Shown here: positions 12,439-26,872 of the stretch, piece after piece
How the letters are laid out: each line of letters opens with the position of its first letter
Position numbering within the stretch: position 1 is the first letter of the stretch
NCBI GenBank assembly: GCA_951406725.2
Contig: OX597818.1
Span: forward strand, 12,028,001-12,092,000
DNA from: Octopus vulgaris
Taxonomy: Eukaryota
Length of the DNA: 64,000 bases
Reading direction: 5' to 3'
Made by a program: the position numbers and the translations under genes
Notes under the pieces: model-generated
Databases searched by the model: none
Told to the model about the DNA's origin: nothing
Seen by the model: the letters and a program-made list of their open reading frames with translations, nothing else

Positions 12439-14735
12439 CATATACATATACATGCATACGCAAATATACATGCACACACATTTATACACTCACATGTATC
12501 CGCCTGCATGTCCATATATGTAGTATTAAATGATTGAGATCCTTAAAGTAAGATAGGGGAGTTCAAAAAGTTAAAATGGCGATAAAGGAAAGTTAAGTAG
12601 GGTTGTTGGGGATTACCTAAGTGGTGCTGTGAATATATGCTGTGTGATTATTTAGCTTGCATTTAGATTTGTGGTAAAATTTGAAGGTATGAAATAAGCG
12701 GGTGGTTGCATGTACTTAGGGCCTCATTATATTTATTTAGTAGTGTCGAGGAGTTGTGTTTTAACATGTGGAGTGCCTCTTTTAGGTATAACTTACAGGC
12801 TAAGCTTTGACCTTGGTATGGACGCCCTGAATCTATTATAGATCATGAGAAAATGTAGGGAATATTTCTATTTTTGAGATGATTTTTGTGACTGGCGAGT
12901 GTTGTGGATTTACTGTGTTTGTCGTATTTAAAAGAACTGAGATGAACGGCATATCGCTGTTTTTTGTGTAATGTATTGAGGACAGTGCAAGTGTAAATTT
13001 CATTAGATCTTCTACAATGGATTTGTAGAGGGCAGATTGACCCAGGACAGCAGTTACAAGTAGGTGTATTTTGGGGATTATTTTCAGGAATGGAGGAGGT
13101 AATACTGTCAGAGGAGAGGTTAGAGATGGGGGTAGAAAGGTCTAAGTTATTAGTATTATTACTATCGTTGTTGTTAATTATTCTATCTGTAACGGTGGTG
13201 GAAGTTGTGGTAGTATTCTGGATAGTGTTAGTAGGATAGGTTGGGTTATGATCGTGGTCTAACATATGGGGTTCAATGCTGGAGCTGTGTATATGTTGAG
13301 CGCTCGTGTATTCAGAGTTGTTATTGCGTGAGTTTTGATAGTAGAGAGAAAGATTTTGTTCATTAGAGGCTACTATGATAGACTCGAAGTTGGGTGGGGG
13401 AATAGGATAGCTTCAGGGTAGATCTATTAAAGATAGAGTAGTATTTATGTTGACAAGGGACGTTGGAGTCCAGTATATTAAAGAAGGATTTAGCTAAGTT
13501 CTTAACGTTTAGTGAGAAGGCGGGTGTATACCATAGAATAGAGTGTCCACCACTTTTTTTTTTTGGTGGGGGGTGCTTAGGGCTGGTGCTATTTATATTT
13601 TTGGAAAATGGAGGTGGTATCATGGTCCGTTGTTGTTAGCTTTTGACCTATTGTGTGCGTATGGGGTCTAGGTTGTCTTAATGCGGTTTCTCCCGGGGTT
13701 CTAGCATAGTGTATGTGTGGTCTGTTGTGATTCTGATGGTTGGTGTGTCGTTGCGATGTGATTTGAGATATATGTTGCTTGAGCCTAGTATTAGGGATGT
13801 ATTTTATTTATTGGGAGAAGCCGCTGGCAGCAAGCGCTTGGTGCGTGATTTTTGAATATTGAGTAATATGGTGCGTGGTTATTGAATATTTCCTCAGTGG
13901 AAGAGTGGTCAGATATGCGGATCGAGATACTCTTGAGAATGTTGTCAAAGGTGGATTTGTGGTGATTGGAATGAACATTTAGGTATTTAAGATGTTCGTT
14001 AGGTTTGTGATAAGAGGAGCATTGGGAGGGTCCTAAGTTTAAAGTTACGTCTAAAAAGTTAGTAGTTTTGAGGGAATTTTCAAAAGTAATAGACATGTTT
14101 AGGCTAGAGAAAAATTTGTGTAGATCTTTCTAGATCGTTCTACAAAGGATTTATTTACGCTCTTCGTAACTAGTATGACGTCATCTCTGTAGCGGCATCC
14201 CTTGAGGTTAGGGAAATGTATTTTGAGCTGGTGGAGTATGTATAGTCCAATGAGGTCAGTGACCTGGGCGGGGTCGGATGATCCCATGGTAATGTCAAAT
14301 AAACTGCTATGGTTATTGGTATTGTTATGGTGAATTGCCCGGCACCAGAGTTTGTCTTCAAAAGAAATAACGGTTTTACGGGCATTAAGGATTATGTTAT
14401 TTTATAGTGCGGTAAGGTTAGTTAGATTCTTAGCTAGAAAGAGAGCTTGATTAAGAAATTTGGGAGAAATAGAAGAGTAGTAATTATTTATATCGAATTG
14501 TAGGAAAGAATAAGAGTTTTTGTTGTTTAAGAAATGGAATCACGTTATAACTTCACCTGTACAGGACCATAAGTTGACGTTTAATCTCTCCTTGATGATT
14601 GGTATTATTTTGTCCAAAATGTTTTTGCTTATTCTTCCCAGGTCGGGTTTGATGAGGCATATGAGGCGTATCGATGGTTTGGTTATAAAGTCTTTCTCAT
14701 GATCTTTGAGGTTGAAGCGTGGAGGTGTAGGGCTG
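12200..14735 (-). mobile_element. Penelope-like retroelement, degenerate (RT + GIY-YIG)
   Basis: Frameshifted fragments MGSSDPAQVTDLIGLYIL..YRDD, TNFLDVTLNL..YHKPNEHLKYLNVHSNH, ILWYTPAFSLNV..IFNRSTLKLSYS, CNCC...CPL...IYTC, STTLASH; half-hammerhead GAAACAGCTGTAAGA at 12327-12344. Boundaries approximate. Confidence 0.85.
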
Positions 14736-15574
14736 TATACATATACATATATATGGTCGACGTAATTAAGTATACATTAGAAGGTGATGAATAGTGTATC
14801 ATCAGTATTAGCAGACATTAATGGACCGCATAAATGCATTTTATAATTAAGTCCCTGCATTCTATGTTGAAATCCAACACCAGCCCAAGTTTAGTTTTCA
14901 TCCCTCCAACATAATATAACCAAGCACTGTGCGTTGATTCATTCTGCTATATTCACTTTACTGTAAATATATGGTTTTCTGTTCATGTTACCTGTTTTTA
15001 CATTTATTCCTGTTGAGAAGAATCAGAGTGGCAGAAGCGGAAGAGCATTAAGCCAAAATTCATTTCAATATTTAGCTCTGTGTCTCAAAGTTTTGAGTTC
15101 ATATCCCACCGGAGTCGATTCCACTTTTTCACGCTTATTGAGTCGATAATATAAGCATCAGTAATATACGGGCGTCGAATTGAGTTACCGAAAAAATGTA
15201 TGGCTTTGTGCCAAAGTAAGTCATCAACATCATCGTATTATTAGTATAATTAGCACTGTTACGTTGCTATATTGCTGGCAGTAACATCTTTCAATCCCCT
15301 TTAGACCTGATTTTAATCACAAAAACAGAGTTTTCTTCGCCTTTCTAATAGAACATGGGGGAAACATCGTGAGTGAGAGGTGTCAGTTATCTCAGACGAG
15401 CAAAATATAAAGCTAAAAAAAACGACAAAGTGGTTGCAAATAGTAGAAAAATGGTCGACTTAGTGCTTGTGGGAATAGTAATATATATATATATATATAT
15501 ATATAAATTGTACATGGTTATGTATACATGTAAACTTACAATATATAAATATATACATACATGAATATACATTT

Positions 15575-15622
<48 letters not shown>

Positions 15623-15829
15623 AATGTAAAAAAATACAAACTGGGACAAGAACGTGAAACATTTAGAAGACGATACAAAAAACACGGACGGGACATTCGA
15701 AGCCTTCAATCTTCAGTCAAGAACCGGATATATATGTACATAGTTGGAATTTACAAAAAAACAAAAGACGAAGACAGGTGTAAACAACAAACAGGTGTAT
15801 TATTTTAACGCTCGGGAAGGTGAGAAAGT

Positions 15830-15865
15830 CTTTTACGTTTCGAGCCGACGCTCTTCAACAGAAAG
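15830..15865 (-). ncRNA. Minimal hammerhead-like motif with CUGUUGA core
   Basis: cttt-CTGTTGA-a-gagc(gtcg)gctc-GAAA-cg-TA-aaag. Confidence 0.55.
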
Positions 15866-15997
15866 GAACACGAGAAAATAAACCGAGAGAGAATAAAAAC
15901 AGCTTTAGTGGTAAGCGGTCAATCATGGCGATGGAAATATATACACGTTCATTCATCCATCCATCCATCCATCCATCCATACATACATACATATATA

Positions 15998-17565
15998 CAG
16001 AGGATAGTCATCTGACTGGTCTTAGAAATTTTTGTAGGTTCCCCTCTACGTCTGTGTGTTAGTATCAAGTGACAATATTTGGCGTCACAAGTTGAGGCTG
16101 ATACAGTTGATTGAACTTGTCCAAACAATCAATGCTCTGAATATTTTCTGTGAAGTGTTTATAGAAAATGTACACATGATTAAATTTATAACCTTTTGTA
16201 CGTTTCCCGCTACGTTCGTGCGTTGGTGTCACGTAACAGTGTATTTGGCACCTAAAAAGAAGGACGACACGGTAGAGTGAACATGTTTAGTTATAATTAA
16301 AGCACGCCAAATTTAATCTGTTTGGTGGGGGAGTGGGCAGGAGTAGTTTGTATGTAGTCCAGTGACTAAAATTTAGGTTGTTAGTTGTGTAGCTTCCTCA
16401 TGATAAGTGGCAGAATGAGTTTTGTGTGTGAATAGTTATTTGTGTATGTACTCTGTTAAAGTTTGTTAAGTCTTGGTTTGTACTTTTGTATGAAAGTATT
16501 TTCTTTGTTTATCCGTACTTCACCTGTGGTATTTGGTGAACATGTCCAGAGTGGGAAGGTCTGGAATTTGGGAGACTTATTTTTGCACATATGTCTATGT
16601 GACCACTCAGTGGAATCTGTCTAGTACTGGAGTCTCGTATTTGTTGTCGGCGAATGGTCAGTCTACTTCTTTGGTAAGCTTTGTTTGACCTATGTAATCT
16701 TCATTACATCCTTGACATTTGATAGCATATATTAAATTCCTTGAAGAACATGTAAAGTGATTTTTTACAGTAAAAATCTGTCCTGATTTAAATTTGTATG
16801 TTGTATCTTCAAATGCAGATTCTGCAATTGGGGGCAGTCACACTGTTGGTGCAGGAATTGTGGAAGGTAATTTAACACTTGTTAGGAATTTTTTGAGGGA
16901 CTTTGATTGTCTTTTACTTTTGATTATTTTGTGTGTTTCGAATGCTTGTTTCATCCTTGGGTCTTGTTTTAGAAGTGGGATGTTCTGGTGGATGATATTG
17001 TAAAGCTCTGTTTTTCGGGGTTGTGTGTTGTAAAAAAAAGGTAGATTACTGGATGTATCTGGAGCGTTTTCGTTTTTCATAGTTTTCGATATTTATTGCT
17101 TTGGCACGTTCTATTCCGTTGTTTATTAAAATTAAATTGATATTGTCTTTTAAGTAGTACTTGTTTTAGTCCCTGGAGTCTTTTATTGCGAGTTTCAGGG
17201 TTTGAGACAATTGTACAGATTCTTCTTGCTAGATTAAAGTGGATATTATTTTTCATGTGTTTGGGATGGCATGAGGAGAACAGTAAGTATTGTTTAGAAT
17301 CTGCTTGTTTGTAGCGAATATCTGTTTCAATGTTTTTATCTCTTTTGATGATTAGTATATCCAGGAATGGTCGCTGACATGTATTGTATTCCATGGTAAA
17401 GTTAATATCATTGTTTATGCTATTGATTAGATTTTTGAAATCTATATGTTGTTCAACCGTGTCAACCTTAACTTACGACGTCAAACATTGTCACTTGATA
17501 CTAACGCACGGACGCAGCGGGGAACCTACAAAAATTTCTAAGACCAATTATGTGACTATCCTCTG
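15998..17565 (-). mobile_element. 5'-truncated Penelope-like element (Neptune/Naiad-like, CxxC linker + GIY-YIG) with inverted terminal pseudo-LTR
   Basis: PFLDILI..YKQADSKQYLLFSSCHPKH..NLARRICTIVS; KSKRQSKSLKKFL; FTCSSRNLIYAIKCQGCNEDYIGQT; 15998-16110 is inverted-repeated at 17453-17565. Confidence 0.88.
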
Positions 17566-17826
17566 CCAATCAAATCCTAATCAAAACATATACTAACTTG
17601 AGCCATGAACTCCCTATAAAAATAGGGCAAGCTTCAAACACTAGTCAGAAGCAAGAGAGCTGCAACATAAACCACATCTTTCTATTTGAACTTTTTGAAA
17701 ATCAGTGTAAACTGTGAAACCAGTTAAAGCTTTAAATATATTAATAAAAGATATTTTAACTATTCTTAGTGCATTTTCAACTTCCAGTTTTCCTATATTT
17801 CTACCCGTGTGGAATAAAATGATTTT

Positions 17827-17909
<83 letters not shown>

Positions 17910-18549
17910 GCATGCACATATATATATATATATGTACACGCATGCACACACACACATACACACATACACATGTACGTAATACAAACACATATAAATGTAT
18001 ACGTTTGCATGTATATGCATGCATAACTATCTATGTGCATATATGTACATGCATGCTTATACACACCCGCACGCACACACACATAAGCACACACACATGC
18101 ACACGGACATTGGATATGGCATCAAGTATCCTTCATCTGCAGAAACACATAAATACATAAATAAATATGCAATTACCAAAAGTAACACAAGAAAGGTTTC
18201 AAGTACCAGTGCAGAAGTAGGTTACTAAAGCGTTTTAATTATAATGTCATAAGCAAGGAGTTATGAGGGACCGAGTAGTTAACGAATCGGGTTTACTAAT
18301 ATTGCATCATAAATACTAGATTTCATCTTTAGAGCCAAAATAAACAGTTCTTCCTTGAACGGCTGCTAAACCTTTTACAACAACAACAACAATACTAATT
18401 ATGATAAACCCATCTTAAGCTAAAGTACAATTCACCTGTTTTGAAATTCACTGAATAACTAGTTTCAGTATTGAGTTTTCCCATTAGTAAATGTTCTGTT
18501 GATGTTCTTTAACTAGCTTTAAAATACTGAATAACCTTGATATAACGCG

Positions 18550-18983
18550 TACGAAGTGCATTCCAGAAGTTTTGAGACTTTTTCAGGAGGGACATTTATT
18601 TCAAAGTACAAAACCCTAACCTCCTTCAAAGTAGTATACTCGGACTTCACTGTTCTTGTTGTAGCCCTTCAACTACTTCGTGAAGGCCCTCGTGGAAATC
18701 CTCCAAAGTTAAGGTGCCCAGACTCTTGTAACAGTCTTCATTTTCTCAATGGCTTTTGAAGTTCTCCTTCAGTTTGGGGAATAACCTGGACTGGTGCGGG
18801 TTAAGGCACAGATTTGATGCCCCACTTTGTCCAAAGTGCTGTTATAGTCAATTCCTTCAATCTGGAATAAGAAGTTGGCAGGTCAGCTTATTAGATTTCA
18901 AGTAATGCTATATTAAAGTTACAGTAATTGTAATGACTACCTCTCCTATAATAATCTGAAAACTTCTGAAATGCACCTACGTA
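18550..18983. mobile_element. Mariner-derived MITE
   Basis: TIRs tacgaagtgcattccagaagttttgaga / tctgaaaacttctgaaatgcacctacgta. Confidence 0.7.
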
Positions 18984-20909
18984 ACTGTAGCATAGACGGA
19001 GTTTCAAAGTATTTGCCTGACCTGTTAGAAATAGCAGCGAAATTTCATTCAAATGACGACTAGCTTTATTAGAAAAGGATGCATTGACTACTGTAGTCAT
19101 TAGTTCCTTTAAAGAGGTAAAAGACGGGATGGTCACAGCGGGAATGCTTTTGATCATAGGCTTGCCCAGTCAAGGTTGACTTGGTTGGGGAGAGGGGGCT
19201 ATACAAGAAAAAGAAGGGAAAGAAGAAAAACAACAAGATTAACAACAGCAACAATAACAACAGCAGCAGCATTAACAACAAGAATGATAATATCAATAAT
19301 ATCTATAACAGAAAGAACAGCAACAGCAGCAACCACAACACTGAAGTAAGTAAATGAATTTACGCCAGTTTCGATAAGTATTCCGTTATTCGATCACCTA
19401 AATTACCTGCTCCTGGAATTAGTTTGTAAGTGGTTGAAAATTTCGCGGATATGTGTACTCTTAGCCAGGATGTGCGGGGAATTGCCAGTAGGGTCCCCTG
19501 CTCAAGATTGATGTTTTATGCTTCGTGTAAAATGCCGGTCTCAGCCAAAAAGCATTGAGCGCTTGAGGACCCATCATTAGCAACAATGATACACTAAAAA
19601 TTCATCACAGCGTCCTTCATTCAAGTGTGTGTGCGGGGCCCAATTTGAACAATTCTGTCTAATTGGCTTAAAACCAGCCCTGTCCTTAATTTAATTTCCA
19701 GGTAGAACCAGCGTGTCATAGAATGTGACAAGGCTGGTTTAAATTTTAAAGAAACATAGACTCTGATATAAACTCTGATAAAAGCAGAAAAGACGGCATG
19801 TTCTCGACTGGAACACCTTTCAACATAAGCTTGTTCACACAGGTTCAACAATAGCAATGTACAACCATCAACATTTTAATACTTGCTTGTTATCGTCAGA
19901 TTGTTTCGGTCTTCCGCTATATGAGGTTAAACAGTACAAATGTACATATTTTAAACCGAAATGAATTATTTAATGAATTGTAATAAATTAAATACATCGG
20001 AATGTCGGTAAACACTGTTATTGTTTACATACAATCTGATTGTGAACAGAAAATGAGAATTAGTTTCAGCCATTGTTGTGATCTCTTCAACCTCAGACAG
20101 CTCTTCTTGGTTCACGATAACAATGTGCTTACGACCACCATAATTAGCGACTATGAAGGCGGTAAGTTGGAAGAATCGTTAACGCGTCGGACAAAATGTT
20201 TAGCGGTATTTCTTTCTTCTATTTGCACCTCCTCACGAAAAAAAACAAAAAACAAAAAACAGTCAACATTAAAAGTATCACTCCCTATAAAATATTCTGC
20301 CTAGAGTAGAATGCTTCTCATTCTCTTTTATTTACCTTAGTGATACTGTATTGGTGTGCTATGGTTTAGTTACTACCACACAAGCTCGACCCAACTGAAA
20401 TATTGAAGAATCTTACTGCATAAGAGGAATTCCAGGGATATCATCGAAGACAGTAGTGTAGTTAGTTTCTGAAACTTAACTGTTACAGAATATGGAGAAA
20501 ATAAAACGAGATAAGTTATCTTTGAAATATAGAAAGTAAATAATTGTTAAGAATGATGATAGCTAAATATGTAAACACTAGATAAAGTACAATTGACATC
20601 ATTATTTATATGAAACATAACGAGAAAGTACGTTTCGATAATATTGTTTAGAATTTGTTCGGCTATGGACTAGAAGTGCATTATTAATGTTAGGAAGTGA
20701 CGCGCGTATGTAGGCTGTTGTTACATAAAGAAACCTTTAAATTATAAATAGCTGGTGTAGAGATAAGTTGGTTGGAAATAACAAGAAGTTAAAAGTTTTC
20801 TTTGCTGAAGACATTGAGTGATTGGCAATTTGGGTGATTTCAGTTCTTTGATAGAGCCTAGTTGTATAACATACTCTTTGTCTGCAGTATTACTAACATC
20901 AATGGCGTA

Positions 20910-21206
20910 GGGCGGTGAGCTGGCAGAATCGACTTACTGCCTCTCTCGAACTTGCTGGCCTGGTGCCAAAATTTGAAACCAATATATTAGGGTGGTGAGT
21001 TGGTAAAATCATTACCACGCCGGACAAAAATACTTGGCGGTAGTTCGTCCGTCTTTATGTTGTGAGTTCAAATTCTGCCGGGGTCACTTTGCCTTTCATC
21101 CTTTCGGCGTCGATAAAGTAAGTACCAGTTGGGTACTGGGGTCGATATAATCGATTTACCCTCCTCCGCTGAACTTGCTGTCCTTGTGCCAAAATTTGAA
21201 ACCAAT
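20910..21206 (+). mobile_element. SINE family A, internally deleted copy followed by a full copy
   Basis: Two ggcggtgagctggcag-like heads and two gtgccaaaatttgaaaccaat tails. Confidence 0.85.
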
Positions 21207-21271
21207 ACTGCGAACTCATCTAAAACAAAACAATTTTCATTCGTTGTTATATGTTCCAAAGTTCCTGCTGT

Positions 21272-21420
21272 TTCTTCTTCTTCTTCTTCTTCTTCTTCTT
21301 CTTCTTCTTCTTCTTCTTCTTCTTCTTCTTCTTCTTCTTCTTCTTCTTCTTCTTCTTCTTCTTCTTCTTCTTCTTCTTTTTCTTCTTCTTCTTCTTCTTC
21401 TTCTTCTTCTTCTTCTTCTT
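21272..21420. repeat. (TTC)n/(GAA)n microsatellite
   Basis: About 150 bp of nearly pure trinucleotide repeat. Confidence 0.95.
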
Positions 21421-21550
21421 TATATATATATATATATATACATACATACACACACACACATTACATATATATGTGTGCAGATGTATGTATTTATTTTGCA
21501 CATGTGTGTAATTGTGTATATGTGCGCGTATGCATACATGCATACATACA

Positions 21551-21605
<55 letters not shown>

Positions 21606-24059
21606 GTATATATATATATATAAGTATATATATATATATATGTATGTATATATATAATAAACCAATTTAGATGTAAGATATTATGCCCGATGTCTTAGTA
21701 GTTACAGCAGTTGCCCAGTATCTCATATTGAATATTTTCTAAACAAGCATAACATAAAAAGCGTTGTAGATCGTTCCACACAAGTAAGTAATTTCTGGTC
21801 GTTACCCAACAAATTCCTTGATTAAATGGATAGTTCTTCCATTTGGTAGCTAGATAGATAAAGAAATAATGTCTCTCTTATTATGGTAGACGATCGCTTA
21901 TCAAATATTTTCATACAAAGGCATCTTAGTTATAGACGTAAATTCTTGACTTAAGTTTCAGTTCTATTTAGAGTTAAATTTGGTAAGTTTTAATTCAAAA
22001 TAATACTGAATTCTTCATGCACTGGTTTCAGAACCATAGCTATGTCTACGCTGATATTACAGAAGTACTTTGTTGTACTCTTTTTGTATCTTGGGAGTGC
22101 CATTACACCAATAATAAACACACGCACTGGTTGAGTTTCCTTTCTGTATTGGTTAGTTATTTAGCCAAGCACAAATCGATCTTTTGCCGATTCAGTCGGT
22201 GAAATTACCAATCAGTTGTCTGTCAAAGTCCTTTCATCGTCATCCACGACCTCTTCTGTAGCATGCCTTTTCTCCACGGGGTCTGCTTTAAGTCTGTTTG
22301 TCTTCGAACTGTTATGTATGTTTTTAGTCATGTTCTTGAGAAGGGTAGGGTAGAGACAAGGAAGATTGTGTGTGTGTGTTTGTGCGAATGTGCGTGTAAT
22401 TTGTGTGTGTGTGTGTTTATGTGTATATGTGTGTGTTTATGTGTGTGTGTTTGTTTGCGTGTGTGTGTGTTTGTGTTTGTGTGTGTTTGTATGGCATTCC
22501 TGGTGCTCATCAGTGATCTCTTTTATGACATGCTCTCTAGCAGTTGATTTCTAAAGTTATAGTCGTTCTCAGTACTTTCAGGTCTGTTGTTGTTTAACCC
22601 CAGACAGCCCTGATTGAATATACTTGTGATCGAAGACATCCAAACCAGACTATCCCGTATTTTTTCAGACCTATAGTAACTCGACCAGTGTTTTTCATAA
22701 GAGCGAAGCTGTGAGGATTGAATAGAGGGCGGACAGATTGCCATGCTTAATAAAGTTAAGATGGTTTGAAATTTTTCAAACTAGTCCAACAACTATGATG
22801 AAGATAGTAGTATTATATGGCTACAAGTTCTATTACGCCTTTTAATTATAAGGGTGATATTCTAGAATTTTTTTTTAGTAATAGTGGACTAGTAGAATGC
22901 TGGGTTTGCTAAGCGGCGTTTGTGCGATCGCCACTGATTGTGAGGTTTAGTATTTAAAATTATATTTAAATTTAATTTGAAATCAGATCAGTCTCATCAC
23001 TTTTATGTTTCTCGGTTCAATGCAACGCTGACACTGAAAAAATGTTGGTAAAAGTTAATCGGGACAATAAAATCTATGGAAATTGAAGGCGGAAGAGATA
23101 TAAAATTAATTGAGAAGGTAATTAATGTTGAATCCCTGTAGATGTTGTTTTTGTGCAGGCCCCTCTCAACTCTAATCGAGTAGTAGCACTCAGCTGTCGA
23201 TCTATCAACTGAGACTAATCCATACTTCTGTATATTTATCTGTGACAAAATATACATACTTGCAACAGAGTGGACTCCGCTAAAGGTATCCAAAGATTAA
23301 CGGCCAGCTTGTCTCCTTTACTGGCATATAATATTCAAAAGTACTTTATCCAAAAATTCATCGATTTTTAAGAAAATTTGGCTGTAATTCTGGATCATCT
23401 CTCTAGAGATAATAATAGTTTGTGAGTTCTATAATTTCATTATTGCAAAGAATGGGAAAAAATGTATACAATTCAAAATACATCACTTGAAGATGATTAG
23501 AGAATTACATAGTGTCCTCTGGAAAATAACTATTTCCGTATTGTCAGGAATATGTAGGTTAATTTGGAAATGTTTTGAAAATCTCAGATTCGTTGGTAAT
23601 ATAAACATGTCTTTTTTTCTCTTGGAAATATAATTTTGGATTGTTATTGGCAGCAGTAAAGTGTTTAAGAAATGTAGAATAGCTGTATATTGTCTGAGAA
23701 ATATGAGCTGCTTGTGCATTTATTTTCTGACGAAATATAGGTTAGTTTTGTATTGTTTCAAAAATAAGGATGTTATGAAGTACTTCGTAAATTTTTACGT
23801 CATTCTGTAGCGTCAGGCACAAAACCGAAAATTGTTGTGGAGGAAAGGAAAGAAAAAAATTTTACGATGTCATACATTTCTCAAGAGAATTGGCGGCGTA
23901 AGTAGAGGTAATTGAAATGAATTTCTTGCGAGAATGGAAACCAGCTGCAGATTCACCTAACGGCAGCTAACCTCTACGGCGCCGGCATACCACCTTTGTA
24001 ACAGCTCATCTTAGCCACGCGCGCGCGTGCAGCACATGTGTTAGTTTTGTTTGTTGTGA

Positions 24060-25340
24060 AATGGCTGTGCTTGTGTCCTCCAAGATGTGTTCGACACGAC
24101 TAAGGCTTCTCATGAATAGCTGCAAGAGGATGTCTGCAGGAAAACGTCTTCCTGCATCAATCTAGAAGACAGAGTGAAGATGGGGTGTAGCTATTTCCAA
24201 ATGGTTGATGGAGCTGGAGAGAAAAGATGGAGAGAAAAGATGGCTGCGGGGTTTTGTGGGTCACAATATTATTAGCAAGAGGAGAACAGACAAGCTAGTC
24301 GGGTGTGCACGAAGCCAGCCTTAACCGAAGTGCAGAGAAGTAGAAAAGGCAGTGGGGAGGAGGAGTCATTTGGGCCCCAAATTGAAGAGAGTGGCCTTTC
24401 TTTGGATGTCGTCTAGGATGTCCGTGTGTGAAGCAGCAGCAGCAACAGCAGCGTTCTTTGTTTGCCAGGAAAGATATTCAATGATCGTGAAGACTGGCAT
24501 CTGAAGCGACTTTGGTAATTCTAGTAAGGTGTTACTAATGTTTAGACTAGAGGAATATGATATTGTTTAGGGCTGGAGGAATATATGTAGAGTGATTGTC
24601 TTTGTGCTTTTGAAGAAGACAAAATTAGCATAACCTTTTTGAAGACGCTTTTGAAGTCTTTGTTCATGGTGTTGGTGCAGGTTTTGCCTAAAGTTTCTAT
24701 GTTGCATGTGGAAGACAAACTAATGCAAATAATTAGAAAGGATTGAAGGGTGGTATCGTCTGCATACGAGTGCGAGTTGTGAGAAGTGACTTGAAATAAA
24801 CTATTAATGTAAAGTTGAAGCTTGTTAGGAACAAATCTTGACCATAGGAAATTCCAGGATATAGAGAATGTGGATACGAAAGAACGTTTGTCAGTTCCAA
24901 GAGGTGAAAGACGGAAAGTGCACATAGGTAGGAAGTTTTCCAAAAAGCTTTCCTTGCCAGACATAGAAGAATGCTTTGCTGATTTCCTTTGCAAGCACAT
25001 TGTTTTTAATAAATGCTTCGTGGGCAAGCGCTGAGTGACAAGAGAGAGTAGGTACCCAGTCCATCTGGTTTTACGGAAACCGAACAGGTGGTCACTAAGA
25101 GGAAAAGAAATTCAAGGTGAGAAAGATGGTTATCTTATTGCTGTCTTCATCACCTTTAAGACGTTGGAAACAAATGCGATCTGGAAATAAGTGGCAGGGT
25201 GAGAGGTGTTGCTTTCTGGGAAATGGGATTTATTCCACAGATTTAATTATATCTTGGAGTTGGGTGGTGGACAAAGAGAAATAATGAAGAGTTTAGAAAT
25301 AACATGGACTAGATGTCGAGCTTTCGTGTAGTGCAATGCA
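24060..25340 (-). mobile_element. Degenerate CR1/Jockey-group LINE (RT and 3' region)
   Basis: LQLYINSLFQVTSHNSHSYADDTTL; downstream HTDILDDIQRKA. Boundaries approximate. Confidence 0.7.
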
Positions 25341-26872
25341 ATTCTTCTTCACGTTCCAGATGATAACTCTGCTCATGATGAGCAAAAGCTAGTTTAAGGG
25401 GATGGGTGATTTTTTTCGGGGTGGGTGGGGGGAAGCTCATAATAATCGAAGACATTTTGATCAATGTAGCTCTAGATTATACCATGTCAGAAATTCAAAT
25501 GAGCGATCACGCTGAAGCACGGTAGATCTATCAAAGCGAAAGAGGATCAAAGAACAACAACAAAATACTAACTGGCAGTGTTAGAATGTAAGTATTTGAA
25601 ACACATCGCTGCGTTCTGAGTTCAAATCCTTCTGAAGTTAACATTGCATATTTTTCAGTTGTCGATAAACTAAAGTATCTGTCCGTATCGGTAGAATTAT
25701 TAAAACATTGGATGAGATGCCTCGTAGCATTCGTTCCGGCTATTTGCATTCTGAATTCTTGGTTGGTAGATTTATTCTATCGCGCAGATTAACGCCACCA
25801 CGTTAATCTTTAGATACCTTTAGCGGAGACCACTCTGTTGCAACTCTTTGAGTCTGGTTTTGGATTTGAGGATACCTTCATCCCTTTCTCCCACCAGCTT
25901 TGAAGGTCTTGAAAACTAAAGAATCACCAACACTTCTCTTCCTTTCCAAACTAAACAATACAAACAAGAATTGGTATCCTTTCATAAATACGATTATTGA
26001 TAATTAATTTATAAATATACGCGATTAAAATAAATACAATGATGTAATTATAAAGACAAACATATGTGTGTACATGCATTCATATTATCTAATATGATGG
26101 AGAACTCTGCCTTATTGTTGTTTAGCCAAAGGTTAACCGTGATCGAGCAAAGCTGTTTTTCAAACTTTGACCTTCCTTTATTTTTATGGCTATGTTGGAC
26201 TACATCATTAAACATTTTTTCTTTATTTAAGATAACAGGATTTGATTTGTGGAAAATTTGGATGCTATATTTAGCAGGTCAAGTGACTATGTAATGATTT
26301 CATCATTATGAGCGAAAGAGCCATCAGTACGGCTCTTTTGTTCATAATAATGCATATTAATTTAAGTGGGATGCTTTGGGAAATTTTCATTCAGAGACGG
26401 AGTGGAATGTCAGTAAAATTCCTTGCTGTTATCACTACTTACATCACTTTTCTTGTTAGCTGTTGAGAAGCTACTGAGTTACACATCTAGAAAGTAGATT
26501 GTGGGCTTCCCAGATGTACCCAGCAAAATTTAGAGAACAGTCTAGTTCTAGTTTAAAAAAGGCTCGTTTTTTCCTTCCTTCCTGAATTGAAAAGAAATAT
26601 GAATTTTTCTAGGATTTCTTAATTATTCTTAATTAAACGCTGTTTCAGAACCACAATGGATGTTCGGTAATGAAGACCAAATAACCGGATGATGCAAACT
26701 CTTTTTACGCTGTCTATAAATAATAAAATCCGCTTGGGTCAAAATACGAGATTGCTCTGATGATTTAGTATTTGTGGAAGAAGTTGAACCGTAAATCAGT
26801 GATGGCAACTTGCGGCCCAAGAGACCTCTTGATTGGCGCGCCTAACGAAAATCTACCTTGAATTTTTTCAGA

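Noticed and set aside
16838-16840. In-frame TGA as selenocysteine in the Penelope-like ORF
   Set aside because: The CxxC linker just downstream is in a shifted frame, so the TGA is better explained by decay; no SECIS was recognised.
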